Notes under the pieces: model-generated
The model's database searches: none
The model's input: the letters and a program-made list of their open reading frames with translations, nothing else
What the model was told of the DNA's origin: nothing
In this document: piece by piece, positions 26,677-40,690 of the stretch
Numbering within the stretch: position 1 is the first letter of the stretch
How the letters are laid out: each line of letters begins with the position of its first letter
Assembly: GCA_964057225.1 (NCBI GenBank)
Contig: OZ059894.1
Coordinates: 18,910,001 to 18,974,000, forward strand
Source of the DNA: Auanema rhodensis
Lineage: Eukaryota > Animalia > Nematoda
Direction: 5' to 3'
Length of the DNA: 64,000 bases
Program-made: the position numbers and the translations under genes

Positions 26677-29600
26677 TATAAGTGTGAACTTATATCAGTT
26701 GATATCTCGGTGCATTTTTAAGCTAGCGCAAATCTGATAACACAGATCGACGCAGCTTAAAAATCCGCATGGAATGCACTATACTACATTGAGAAACGCT
26801 TAATACAAAAATTAGTTATGATCGTTTGAAAAATGATGCATTAGTGTATGTTGAGTTTCCATGTACACTCAACATTGCTTCCAAAAACATTTTGACAAAA
26901 ATTTTTTCGAAAAATTTCAAAATAATTTAGCAAAAAGTAGATGTTTTTAGATTCCTTTTTTCAAGGCAAAGACGATGGACAATGTTATTCAACGAAAAAA
27001 ATAATTCTTCAGGGTGAAAATCGAGGATATAAGTGTGAACTTATATCAGTTGATATCTCGGTGCATTTTTAAGTTAGCGCAAATCTGATAACACAGATCG
27101 ACGCAGCTTAAAAATCCGCATCGAATGCACTATACTACATTGAGAAACGCTTAATACAAAAATTAGTTATGATCGTTTGAAAAATGATGCATTAGTGTAT
27201 GTTGAGTTTCCATGTACACTCAACATTGCTTCCAAAAACATTTTGACAAAAATTTTTTCGAAAAATTTCAAAATAATTTAGCAAAAAGTAGATGTTTTTA
27301 GATTCCTTTTTTCAAGGCAAAGACGATGGACAATGTTATTCAACGAAAAAAATAATTCTTCAGGGTGAAAATCGAGGATATAAGTGTGAACTTATATCAG
27401 TTGATATCTCGGTGCATTTTTAAGCTAGCGCAAATCTGATAACACAGATCGACGCAGCTTAAAAATCCGCATCGAATGCACTATACTACATTGAGAAACG
27501 CTTAATACAAAAATTAGTTATGATCGTTTGAAAAATGATGCATTAGTGTATGTTGAGTTTCCATGTACACTCAACATTGCTTCCAAAAACATTTTGACAA
27601 AAATTTTTTCGAAAAATTTCAAAATAATTTAGCAAAAAGTAGATGTTTTTAGATTCCTTTTTTCAAGGCAAAGACGATGGACAATGTTATTCAACGAAAA
27701 AAATAATTCTTCAGGGTGAAAATCGAGGATATAAGTGTGAACTTATATCAGTTGATATCTCGGTGCATTTTTAAGCTAGCGCAAATCTGATAACACAGAT
27801 CGACGCAGCTTAAAAATCCGCATCGAATGCACTATACTACATTGAGAAACGCTTAATACAAAAATTAGTTATGATCGTTTGAAAAATGATGCATTAGTGT
27901 ATGTTGAGTTTCCATGTACACTCAACATTGCTTCCAAAAACATTTTGACAAAAATTTTTTCGAAAAATTTCAAAATAATTTAGCAAAAAGTAGATGTTTT
28001 TAGATTCTTTTTTTCAAGGCAAAAACGATGGACAATGTTATTCAACGAAAAATTTAATTCTTCAGGGTGAAAATTGAGGATATAAGTGTGAACTTATATC
28101 AGTTGATATCTCGGTGCATTTTTAAGCTAGCGCAAATCTGTTAACACAGATCAACGCAGCTTAAAAATCCGCATCGAATGCACTATACTACATTGAGAAA
28201 CGCTTAATACAAAAATTAGTTATGATCGTTTGAAAAATGATGCATTAGTGTATGTTGAGTTTCCATGTACACTCAACATTGCTTCCAAAAACATTTTGAC
28301 AAAAATTTTTTCGAAAAATTTCAAAATAATTTAGCAAAAAGTAGATGTTTTTAGATTCCTTTTTTCAAGGCAAAGACGATGGACAATGTTATTCAACGAA
28401 AAAAATAATTCTTCAGGGTGAAAATCGAGGATATAAGTGTGAACTTATATCAGTTGATATCTCGGTGCATTTTTAAGCTAGCGCAAATCTGATAACACAG
28501 ATCGACGCAGCTTAAAAATCCGCATCGAATGCACTATACTACATTGAGAAACACTTAATACAAAAATTAGTTATGATCGTTTGAAAAATGATGCATTAGT
28601 GTATGTTGAGTTTCCATGTACACTCAACATTGCTTCCAAAAACATTTTGACAAAACTTTTTTCGAAAAATTTCAAAATAATTTAGCGAAAAGTAGATGTT
28701 TTTAGATTCTTTTTTTCAAGGCAAAGACGATGGACAATGTTATTCAACGAAAAAAATAATTCTTCAGGGTGAAAATCGAGGATATAAGTGTGAACTTATA
28801 TCAGTTGATATCTCGGTGCATTTTTAAGCTAGCGCAAATCTGATAACACAGATCGACGCAGCTTAAAAATCCGCATCGAATGCACTATACTACATTGAGA
28901 AACGCTTAATACAAAAACTAGTTATGATCGTTTGAAAAATGATGCATTAGTGTATGTTGAGTTTCCATGTACACTCAACATTGCTTCCAAAAACATTTTG
29001 ACAAAAATTTTTTCGAAAAATTTCAAAATAATTTAGCGAAAAGTAGATGTTTTTAGATTCTTTTTTTCAAGGCAAAAACGATGGACAATGTTATTCAACG
29101 AAAAATTTAATTCTTCAGGGTGAAAATTGAGGATATAAGTGTGAACTTATATCAGTTGATATCTCGGTGCATTTTTAAGCTAGCGCAAATCTGTTAACAC
29201 AGATCAACGCAGCTTAAAAATCCGCATCGAATGCACTATACTACATTGAGAAACGCTTAATACAAAAATTAGTTATGATCGTTTGAAAAATGATGCATTA
29301 GTGTATGTTGAGTTTCCATGTACACTCAACATTGCTTCCAAAAACATTTTGACAAAAATTTTTTCGAAAAATTTCAAAATAATTTAGCAAAAAGTAGATG
29401 TTTTTAGATTCTTTTTTTCAAGGCAAAAACGATGGACAATGTTATTCAACGAAAAATTTAATTCTTCAGGGTGAAAATTGAGGATATAAGTGTGAACTTA
29501 TATCAGTTGATATCTCGGTGCATTTTTAAGCTAGCGCAAATCTGTTAACACAGATCAACGCAGCTTAAAAATCCGCATCGAATGCACTATACTACATTGA

Positions 29601-31590
29601 GAAACGCTTAATACAAAAATTAGTTATGATCGTTTGAAAAATGATGCATTAGTGTATGTTGAGTTTCCATGTACACTCAACATTGCTTCCAAAAACATTT
29701 TGACAAAAATTTTTTCGAAAAATTTCAAAATAATTTAGCAAAAAGTAGATGTTTTTAGATTCCTTTTTTCAAGGCAAAGACGATGGACAATGTTATTCAA
29801 CGAAAAAATTAATTCTTCAGGGTGAAAATCGAGGATATAAGTGTGAACTTATATCAGTTGATATCTCGGTGCATTTTTAAGCTAGCGCAAATCTGATAAC
29901 ACAGATCGACGCAGCTTAAAAATCCGCATCGAATGCACTATACTACATTGAGAAACGCTTAATACAAAAATTAGTTATGATCGTTTGAAAAATGATGCAT
30001 TAGTGTATGTTGAGTTTCCATGTACACTCAACATTGCTTCCAAAAACATTTTGACAAAAATTTTTTCGAAAAATTTCAAAATAATTTAGCAAAAAGTAGA
30101 TGTTTTTAGATTCCTTTTTTCAAGGCAAAGACGATGGACAATGTTATTCAACGAAAAAATTAATTCTTCAGGGTGAATATCGAGGATATAAGTGTGAACT
30201 TATATCAGTTGATATCTCGGTGCATTTTTAAGCTAGCGCAAATCTGATAACACAGATCGACGCAGCTTAAAAATCCGCATCGAATGCACTATACTACATT
30301 GAGAAACGCTTATTACAAAAATTAGTTATGATCGTTTGAAAAATGATGCATTAGTGTATGTTGAGTTTCCATGTACACTCAACATTGCTTCCAAAAACAT
30401 TTTGACAAAAATTTTTTCGAAAAATTTCAAAATAATTTAGCAAAAAGTAGATGTTTTTAGATTCCTTTTTTCAAGGCAAAGACGATGGACAATGTTATTC
30501 AACGAAAAAAGTAATTCTTCAGGGTGAATATCGAGGATATAAGTGTGAACTTATATCAGTTGATATCTCGGTGCATTTTTAAGCTAGCGCAAATCTGATA
30601 ACACAGATCGACGCAGCTTAAAAATCCGCATCGAATGCACTATACTACATTGAGAAACGCTTATTACAAAAATTAGTTATGATCGTTTGAAAAATGATGC
30701 ATTAGTGTATGTTGAGTTTCCATGTACACTCAACATTGCTTCCAAAAACATTTTGACAAAAATTTTTTCGAAAATTTTCAGAATAATTTAGCAAAAAGTA
30801 GATGTTTTTAGATTCCTTTTTTCAAGGCAAAGACGATGGACAATGTTATTCAACGAAAAAATTAATTCTTCAGGGTGAATATCGAGGATATAAGTGTGAA
30901 CTTATATCAGTTGATATCTCGGTGCATTTTTAAGCTAGCGCAAATCTGATAACACAGATCGACGCAGCTTAAAAATCCGCATCGAATGCACTATACTACA
31001 TTGAGAAACGCTTAATACAAAAATTAGTTATGATCCTTTGAAAAATGATGCATTAGTGTATGTTGAGTTTCCATGTACACTCAACATTGCTTCCAAAAAC
31101 ATTTTGACAAAAATTTTTTCGAAAAATTTCAAGATAATTTAGCAAAAAGTAGATGTTTTTAGATTCCTTATTTTAAGGCAAAGACGATGGACAATGTTAT
31201 TCAACGAAAAAATTAATTCTTCAGGGTGAATATCGAGGATATAAGTGTGAACTTATATCAGTTGATATCTCGGTGCATTTTTAAGCTAGCGCAAATCTGA
31301 TAACACAGATCGACGCAGCTTAAAAATCCGCATGGAATGCACTATACTACATTGAGAAACGCTTAATACAAAAATTAGTTATGATCGTTCGAAAAATGAT
31401 GCATTAGTGTATGTTGAGTTTCCATGTACACTCAACATTGCTTCCAAAAACATTTTGACAAAAATTTTTTCGAAAAATTTCAAAATAATTTAGCAAAAAG
31501 TAGATGTTTTTAGATTCCTTTTTCCAAGGCAAAGACGATGGACAATGTTATTCGACGAAAAAATTAATTCTTCAGGGTGAAAATCGAGGA

Positions 31591-31655
31591 TATAAGTGTG
31601 AACTTATATCAGTTATTCAACGAAAAAATTAATTCTTCAGGGTGAATATCGAGGA
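31591..31655 (+). repeat. 65-bp truncated monomer, copy 1 (m1-24 fused to m311-351)
   Basis: ...TATATCAGTT|ATTCAACG... junction; array register shifts by 65 bp. Confidence 0.95.
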
Positions 31656-33410
31656 TATAAGTGTGAACTTATATCAGTTGATATCTCGGTGCATTTTTAA
31701 GCTAGCGCAAATCTGATAACACAGATCGACGCAGCTTAAAAATCCGCATCGAATGCACTATACTACATTGAGAAACGCTTAATACAAAAACTAGTTATGA
31801 TCGTTTGAAAAATGATGCATTAGTGTATGTTGAGTTTCCATGTACACTCAACATTGCTTCCAAAAACATTTTGACAAAAATTTTTTCGAAAAATTTCAAA
31901 ATAATTTAGCGAAAAGTAGATGTTTTTAGATTCTTTTTTTCAAGGCAAAAACGATGGACAATGTTATTCAACGAAAAATTTAATTCTTCAGGGTGAAAAT
32001 TGAGGATATAAGTGTGAACTTATATCAGTTGATATCTCGGTGCATTTTTAAGCTAGCGCAAATCTGTTAACACAGATCAACGCAGCTTAAAAATCCGCAT
32101 CGAATGCACTATACTACATTGAGAAACGCTTAATACAAAAATTAGTTATGATCGTTTGAAAAATGATGCATTAGTGTATGTTGAGTTTCCATGTACACTC
32201 AACATTGCTTCCAAAAACATTTTGACAAAAATTTTTTCGAAAATTTTCAGAATAATTTAGCAAAAAGTAGATGTTTTTAGATTCCTTTTTTCAAGGCAAA
32301 GACGATGGACAATGTTATTCAACGAAAAAATTAATTCTTCAGGGTGAATATCGAGGATATAAGTGTGAACTTATATCAGTTGATATCTCGGTGCATTTTT
32401 AAGCTAGCGCAAATCTGATAACACAGATCGACGCAGCTTAAAAATCCGCATCGAATGCACTATACTACATTGAGAAACGCTTAATACAAAAATTAGTTAT
32501 GATCCTTTGAAAAATGATGCATTAGTGTATGTTGAGTTTCCATGTACACTCAACATTGCTTCCAAAAACATTTTGACAAAAATTTTTTCGAAAAATTTCA
32601 AAATAATTTAGCAAAAAGTAGATGTTTTTAGATTCCTTTTTTCAAGGCAAAGACGATGGACAATGTTATTCAACGAAAAAATTAATTCTTCAGGGTGAAT
32701 ATCGAGGATATAAGTGTGAACTTATATCAGTTGATATCTCGGTGCATTTTTAAGCTAGCGCAAATCTGATAACACAGATCGACGCAGCTTAAAAATCCGC
32801 ATGGAATGCACTATACTACATTGAGAAACGCTTAATACAAAAATTAGTTATGATCGTTCGAAAAATGATGCATTAGTGTATGTTGAGTTTCCATGTACAC
32901 TCAACATTGCTTCCAAAAACATTTTGACAAAAATTTTTTCGAAAAATTTCAAGATAATTTAGCAAAAAGTAGATGTTTTTAGATTCCTTATTTTAAGGCA
33001 AAGACGATGGACAATGTTATTCAACGAAAAAATTAATTCTTCAGGGTGAATATCGAGGATATAAGTGTGAACTTATATCAGTTGATATCTCGGTGCATTT
33101 TTAAGCTAGCGCAAATCTGATAACACAGATCGACGCAGCTTAAAAATCCGCATGGAATGCACTATACTACATTGAGAAACGCTTAATACAAAAATTAGTT
33201 ATGATCGTTCGAAAAATGATGCATTAGTGTATGTTGAGTTTCCATGTACACTCAACATTGCTTCCAAAAACATTTTGACAAAAATTTTTTCGAAAAATTT
33301 CAAAATAATTTAGCAAAAAGTAGATGTTTTTAGATTCCTTTTTCCAAGGCAAAGACGATGGACAATGTTATTCGACGAAAAAATTAATTCTTCAGGGTGA
33401 AAATCGAGGA

Positions 33411-33475
33411 TATAAGTGTGAACTTATATCAGTTATTCAACGAAAAAATTAATTCTTCAGGGTGAATATCGAGGA
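33411..33475 (+). repeat. 65-bp truncated monomer, copy 2
   Basis: Same AGTTATTCAAC junction. Confidence 0.95.
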
Positions 33476-35932
33476 TATAAGTGTGAACTTATATCAGTTG
33501 ATATCTCGGTGCATTTTTAAGCTAGCGCAAATCTGATAACACAGATCGACGCAGCTTAAAAATCCGCATCGAATGCACTATACTACATTGAGAAACGCTT
33601 AATACAAAAACTAGTTATGATCGTTTGAAAAATGATGCATTAGTGTATGTTGAGTTTCCATGTACACTCAACATTGCTTCCAAAAACATTTTGACAAAAA
33701 TTTTTTCGAAAAATTTCAAAATAATTTAGCGAAAAGTAGATGTTTTTAGATTCTTTTTTTCAAGGCAAAAACGATGGACAATGTTATTCAACGAAAAATT
33801 TAATTCTTCAGGGTGAAAATTGAGGATATAAGTGTGAACTTATATCAGTTGATATCTCGGTGCATTTTTAAGCTAGCGCAAATCTGTTAACACAGATCAA
33901 CGCAGCTTAAAAATCCGCATCGAATGCACTATACTACATTGAGAAACGCTTAATACAAAAATTAGTTATGATCGTTTGAAAAATGATGCATTAGTGTATG
34001 TTGAGTTTCCATGTACACTCAACATTGCTTCCAAAAACATTTTGACAAAAATTTTTTCGAAAAATTTCAAAATAATTTAGCAAAAAGTAGATGTTTTTAG
34101 ATTCTTTTTTTCAAGGCAAAAACGATGGACAATGTTATTCAACGAAAAATTTAATTCTTCAGGGTGAAAATTGAGGATATAAGTGTGAACTTATATCAGT
34201 TGATATCTCGGTGCATTTTTAAGCTAGCGCAAATCTGATAACACAGATCGACGCAGCTTAACAATCCGCATCGAATGCACTATACTACATTAAGAAACGC
34301 TTAAAACAGAAATTAGTTATGATCGTTTGAAAAATGATGCATTAGTGTATGTTGAGTTTCCATGTACACTCAACATTGCTTCCAAAAACATTTTGACAAA
34401 AATTTTTTCGAAAAATTTCAAAATAATTTAGCAAAAAGTAGATGTTTTTAGATTCCTTTTTTCAAGGCAAAGACGATGGACAATGTTATTCAACGAAAAA
34501 ATTAATTCTTCAGGGTGAATATCGAGGATATAAGTGTGAACTTATATCAGTTGATATCTCGGTGCATTTTTAAGCTAGCGCAAATCTGATAACACAGATC
34601 GACGCAGCTTAAAAATCCGCATCGAATGCACTATACTACATTGAGAAACGCTTATTACAAAAATTAGTTATGATCGTTTGAAAAATGATGCATTAGTGTA
34701 TGTTGAGTTTCCATGTACACTCAACATTGCTTCCAAAAACATTTTGACAAAAATTTTTTCGAAAAATTTCAAAATAATTTAGCAAAAAGTAGATGTTTTT
34801 AGATTCCTTTTTTCAAGGCAAAGACGATGGACAATGTTATTCAACGAAAAAATTAATTCTTCAGGGTGAATATCGAGGATATAAGTGTGAACTTATATCA
34901 GTTGATATCTCGGTGCATTTTTAAGCTAGCGCAAATCTGATAACACAGATCGACGCAGCTTAAAAATCCGCATCGAATGCACTATACTACATTGAGAAAC
35001 GCTTATTACAAAAATTAGTTATGATCGTTTGAAAAATGATGCATTAGTGTATGTTGAGTTTCCATGTACACTCAACATTGCTTCCAAAAACATTTTGACA
35101 AAAATTTTTTCGAAAATTTTCAGAATAATTTAGCAAAAAGTAGATGTTTTTAGATTCGTTTTTTCAAGGCAAAGACGATGGACAATGTTATTCAACGAAA
35201 AAATTAATTCTTCAGGGTGAATATCGAGGATATAAGTGTGAACTTATATCAGTTGATATCTCGGTGCATTTTTAAGCTAGCGCAAATCTGATAACACAGA
35301 TCGACGCAGCTTAAAAATCCGCATCGAATGCACTATACTACATTGAGAAACGCTTAATACAAAAATTAGTTATGATCCTTTGAAAAATGATGCATTAGTG
35401 TATGTTGAGTTTCCATGTACACTCAACATTGCTTCCAAAAACATTTTGACAAAAATTTTTTCGAAAAATTTCAAAATAATTTAGCAAAAAGTAGATGTTT
35501 TTAGATTCCTTTTTTCAAGGCAAAGACGATGGACAATGTTATTCAACGAAAAAATTAATTCTTCAGGGTGAATATCGAGGATATAAGTGTGAACTTATAT
35601 CAGTTGATATCTCGGTGCATTTTTAAGCTAGCGCAAATCTGATAACACAGATCGACGCAGCTTAAAAATCCGCATGGAATGCACTATACTACATTGAGAA
35701 ACGCTTAATACAAAAATTAGTTATGATCGTTCGAAAAATGATGCATTAGTGTATGTTGAGTTTCCATGTACACTCAACATTGCTTCCAAAAACATTTTGA
35801 CAAAAATTTTTTCGAAAAATTTCAAAATAATTTAGCAAAAAGTAGATGTTTTTAGATTCCTTTTTTCAAGGCAAAGACGATGGACAATGTTATTCGACAA
35901 AAAAATTAATTCTTCAGGGTGAAAATCGAGGA

Positions 35933-35997
35933 TATAAGTGTGAACTTATATCAGTTATTCAACGAAAAAATTAATTCTTCAGGGTGAATATCGAGGA
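35933..35997 (+). repeat. 65-bp truncated monomer, copy 3
   Basis: Same AGTTATTCAAC junction. Confidence 0.95.
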
Positions 35998-36699
35998 TAT
36001 AAGTGTGAACTTATATCAGTTGATATCTCGGTGCATTTTTAAGCTAGCGCAAATCTGATAACACACATCGACGCAGCTTAAAAATCCGCATCGAATGCAC
36101 TATACTACATTGAGAAACGCTTAATACAAAAATTAGTTATGATCGTTTGAAAAATGATGCATTAGTGTATGTTGAGTTTCCATGTACACTCAACATTGCT
36201 TCCAAAAACATTTTGACAAAAATTTTTTCGAAAAATTTCAAAATAATTTAGCAAAAAGTAGATGTTTTTAGATTCCTTTTTTCAAGGCAAAGACGATGGA
36301 CAATGTTATTCAACGAAAAAATTAATTCTTCAGGGTGAAAATCGAGGATATAAGTGTAAACTTATATCAGTTGATATCTCGATGCATTTTTAAGCTAGCG
36401 CAAATCTGATATCACAGATCGACGCAGCTTAACAATCCGCATCGAATGCACTATACTACATTGAGAAACGCTTAATACAAAAATTAGTTATGATCGTTTG
36501 AAAAATGATGCATTAGTGTATGTTGAGTTTCCATGTACACTCAACATTGCTTCCAAAAACATTTTGACAAAAATTTTTTCGAAAAATTTCAAAATAATTT
36601 AGCAAAAAGTAGATGTTTTTAGATTCCTTTTTTCAAGGCAAAGACGATGGACAATGTTATTCGACAAAAAAATTAATTCTTCAGGGTGAAAATCGAGGA

Positions 36700-36764
36700 T
36701 ATAAGTGTGAACTTATATCAGTTATTCAACGAAAAAATTAATTCTTCAGGGTGAATATCGAGGA
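36700..36764 (+). repeat. 65-bp truncated monomer, copy 4
   Basis: Same AGTTATTCAAC junction. Confidence 0.95.
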
Positions 36765-38870
36765 TATAAGTGTGAACTTATATCAGTTGATATCTCGGTG
36801 CATTTTTAAGCTAGCGCAAATCTGATAACACACATTGACGCAGCTTAAAAATCCGCATCGAATGCACTATACTACATTGAGAAACGCTTAATACAAAAAT
36901 TAGTTATGATCGTTTGAAAAATGATGCATTAGTGTATGTTGAGTTTCCATGTACACTCAACATTGCTTCCAAAAACATTTTGACAAAAATTTTTTCGAAA
37001 AATTTCAAAATAATTTAGCAAAAAGTAGATGTTTTTAGATTCCTTTTTTCAAGGCAAAGACGATGGACAATGTTATTCAACGAAAAAATTAATTCTTCAG
37101 GGTGAAAATCGAGGATATAAGTGTAAACTTATATCAGTTGATATCTCGATGCATTTTTAAGCTAGCGCAAATCTGATATCACAGATCGACGCAGCTTAAC
37201 AATCCGCATCGAATGCACTATACTACATTGAGAAACGCTTAATACAAAAATTAGTTATGATCGTTTGAAAAATGATGCATTAGTGTATGTTGAGTTTCCA
37301 TGTACACTCAACATTGCTTCCAAAAACATTTTGACAAAAATTTTTTCGAAAAATTTCAAAATAATTTAGCAAAAAGTAGATGTTTTTAGATTCCTTTTTT
37401 CAAGGCAAAGACGATGAACAATGTTATTCAACGAAAAAATTAATTCTTCAGGGTGAAAATCGAGGATATAAGTGTAAACTTATATCAGTTGATATCTCGA
37501 TGCATTTTTAAGCTAGCGCAAATCTGATATCACAGATCGACGCAGCTTAACAATCCGCATCGAATGCACTATACTACATTGAGAAACGCTTAATACAAAA
37601 ATTAGTTATGATCGTTTGAAAAATGATGCATTAGTGTATGTTGAGTTTCCATGTACACTCAACATTGCTTCCAAAAACATTTTGACAAAAATTTTTTCGA
37701 AAAATTTCAAAATAATTTAGCAAAAAGTAGATGTTTTTAGATTCCTTTTTTCAAGGCAAAGACGATGGACAATGTTATTCAACAAAAAAATTAATTCTTC
37801 AGGGTGAAAATCGAGGATATAAGTGTGAACTTATATCAGTTGATATCTCGGTGCATTTTCAAGCTAGCGCAAATCTGATAACACAGATCGACGCAGCTTA
37901 AAAATCCGCATCGAATGCACTATACTACATTAAGAAACGCTTAAAACAAAAATTAGTTATGATCGTTTGAAAAATGATGCATTAGTGTATGTTGAGTTTC
38001 CATGTACACTCAACATTGCTTCCAAAAACATTTTGACAAAAATTTTTTCGAAAAATTTCAAAATAATTTAGCAAAAAGTAGATGTTTTTAGATTCCTTTT
38101 TTCAAGGCAAAGACGATGGACAATGTTATTCAACGAAAAAAATAATTCTTCAGGGTGAAAATCGAGGATATAAGTGTAAACTTATATCAGTTGATATCTC
38201 GGTGCATTTTTAAGCTAGCGCAAATCTGATAACACAGATCGACGCAGCTTAAAAATCCGCATCGAATGCACTATACTACATTGAGAAACGTTTAATACAA
38301 AAATTAGTTATGATCGTTTGAAAAATGATGCATTAGTGTATGTTGAGTTTCCATGTACACTCAACATTGCTTCCAAAAACATTTTGACAAAAATTTTTTC
38401 GAAAAATTTCAAAATAATTTAGCAAAAAGTAGATGTTTTTAGATTTCTTTTTTCAAGGCAAAGACGATGGACAATGTTATTCAACGAAAAAATTAATTCT
38501 TCAGGGTGAAAATCGAGGATATATGTGTAAACTTATATCAGTTGATATCTCGGTGCATTTTTAAGCTAGCGCAAATCTGATAACACAGATCGACGCAGCT
38601 TAACAATCCGCATCGAATGCACTATACTACATTGAGAAACGCTTAATACAAAAATTAGTTATGATCGTTTGAAAAATGATGCATTAGTGTATGTTGAGTT
38701 TCCATGTACACTCAACATTGCTTCCAAAAACATTTTGACAAAAATTTTTTCGAAAAATTTCAAAATAATTTAGCAAAAAGTAGATGTTTTTAGATTCCTT
38801 TTTTCAAGGCAAAGACGATGGACCATGTTATTCGACGAAAAAATTAATTCTTCAGGGTGAAAATCGAGGA

Positions 38871-38935
38871 TATAAGTGTGAACTTATATCAGTTATTCAA
38901 CGAAAAAATTAATTCTTCAGGGTGAATATCGAGGA
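38871..38935 (+). repeat. 65-bp truncated monomer, copy 5
   Basis: Same AGTTATTCAAC junction. Confidence 0.95.
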
Positions 38936-40690
38936 TATAAGTGTGAACTTATATCAGTTGATATCTCGGTGCATTTTTAAGCTAGCGCAAATCTGATAAC
39001 ACACATCGACGCAGCTTAAAAATCCGCATCGAATGCACTATACTACATTGAGAAACGCTTAATACAAAAATTAGTTATGATCGTTTGAAAAATGATGCAT
39101 TAGTGTATGTTGAGTTTCCATGTACACTCAACATTGCTTCCAAAAACATTTTGACAAAAATTTTTTCGAAAAATTTCAAAATAATTTAGCAAAAAGTAGA
39201 TGTTTTTAGATTCCTTTTTTCAAGGCAAAGACGATGGACAATGTTATTCGACGAAAAAATTAATTCTTCAGGGTGAAAATCGAGGATATAAGTGTGAACT
39301 TATATCAGTTGATATCTCGGTGCATTTTCAAGCTAGCGCAAATCTGATAACACAGATCGACGCAGCTTAACAATCCGCATCGAATGCACTATACTACATT
39401 AAGAAACGCTTAAAACAAAAATTAGTTATGATCGTTTGAAAAATGATGCATTAGTGTATGTTGAGTTTCCATGTACACTCAACATTGCTTCCAAAAACAT
39501 TTTGACAAAAATTTTTTCGAAAAATTTCAAAATAATTTAGCAAAAAGTAGATGTTTTTAGATTCCTTTTTTCAAGGCAAAGACGATGGACAATGTTATTC
39601 AACGAAAAAAATAATTCTTCAGGGTGAAAATCGAGGATATAAGTGTAAACTTATATCAGTTGATATCTCGGTGCATTTTTAAGCTAGCGCAAATCTGATA
39701 ACACAGATCGACGCAGCTTAAAAATCCGCATCGAATGCACTATACTACATTGAGAAAAGCTTAATACAAAAATTAGTTATGATCGTTTGAAAAATGATGC
39801 ATTAGTGTATGTTGAGTTTCCATGTACACTCAACATTGCTTCCAAAAACATTTTGACAAAAATTTTTTCGAAAAATTTCAAAATAATTTAGCAAAAAGTA
39901 GATGTTTTTAGATTCCTTTTTTCAAGGCAAAGACGATGGACAATGTTATTCAACGAAAAAATTAATTCTTCAGGGTGAAAATCGAGGATATAAGTGTAAA
40001 CTTATATCAGTTGATATCTCGATGCCTTTTTAAGCTAGCGCAAATCTGATATCACAGATCGACGCAGCTTAACAATCCGCATCGAATGCACTATACTACA
40101 TTGAGAAACGCTTAATACAAAAATTAGTTATGATCGTTTGAAAAATGATGCATTAGTGTATGTTGAGTTTCCATGTACACTCAACATTGCTTCCAAAAAC
40201 ATTTTGACAAAAATTTTTTCGAAAAATTTCAAAATAATTTAGCAAAAAGTAGATGTTTTTAGATTCCTTTTTTCAAGGCAAAGACGATGGACAATGTTAT
40301 TCGACGAAAAAATTAATTCTTCAGGGTGAAAATCGAGGATATAAGTGTGAACTTATATCAGTTGATATCTCGGTGCATTTTTAAGCTAGCGCAAATCTGA
40401 TAACACAGATCGACGCAGCTTAAAAATCCGCATCGAATGCACTATACTACATTGAGAAAAGCTTAATACAAAAATTAGTTATGATCGTTTGAAAAATGAT
40501 GCATTAGTGTATGTTGAGTTTCCATGTACACTCAACATTGCTTCCAAAAACATTTTGACAAAAATTTTTTCGAAAAATTTCAAAATAATTTAGCAAAAAG
40601 TAGATGTTTTTAGATTCCTTTTTTCAAGGCAAAGACGATGGACAATGTTATTCAACGAAAAAATTAATTCTTCAGGGTGAAAATCGAGGA

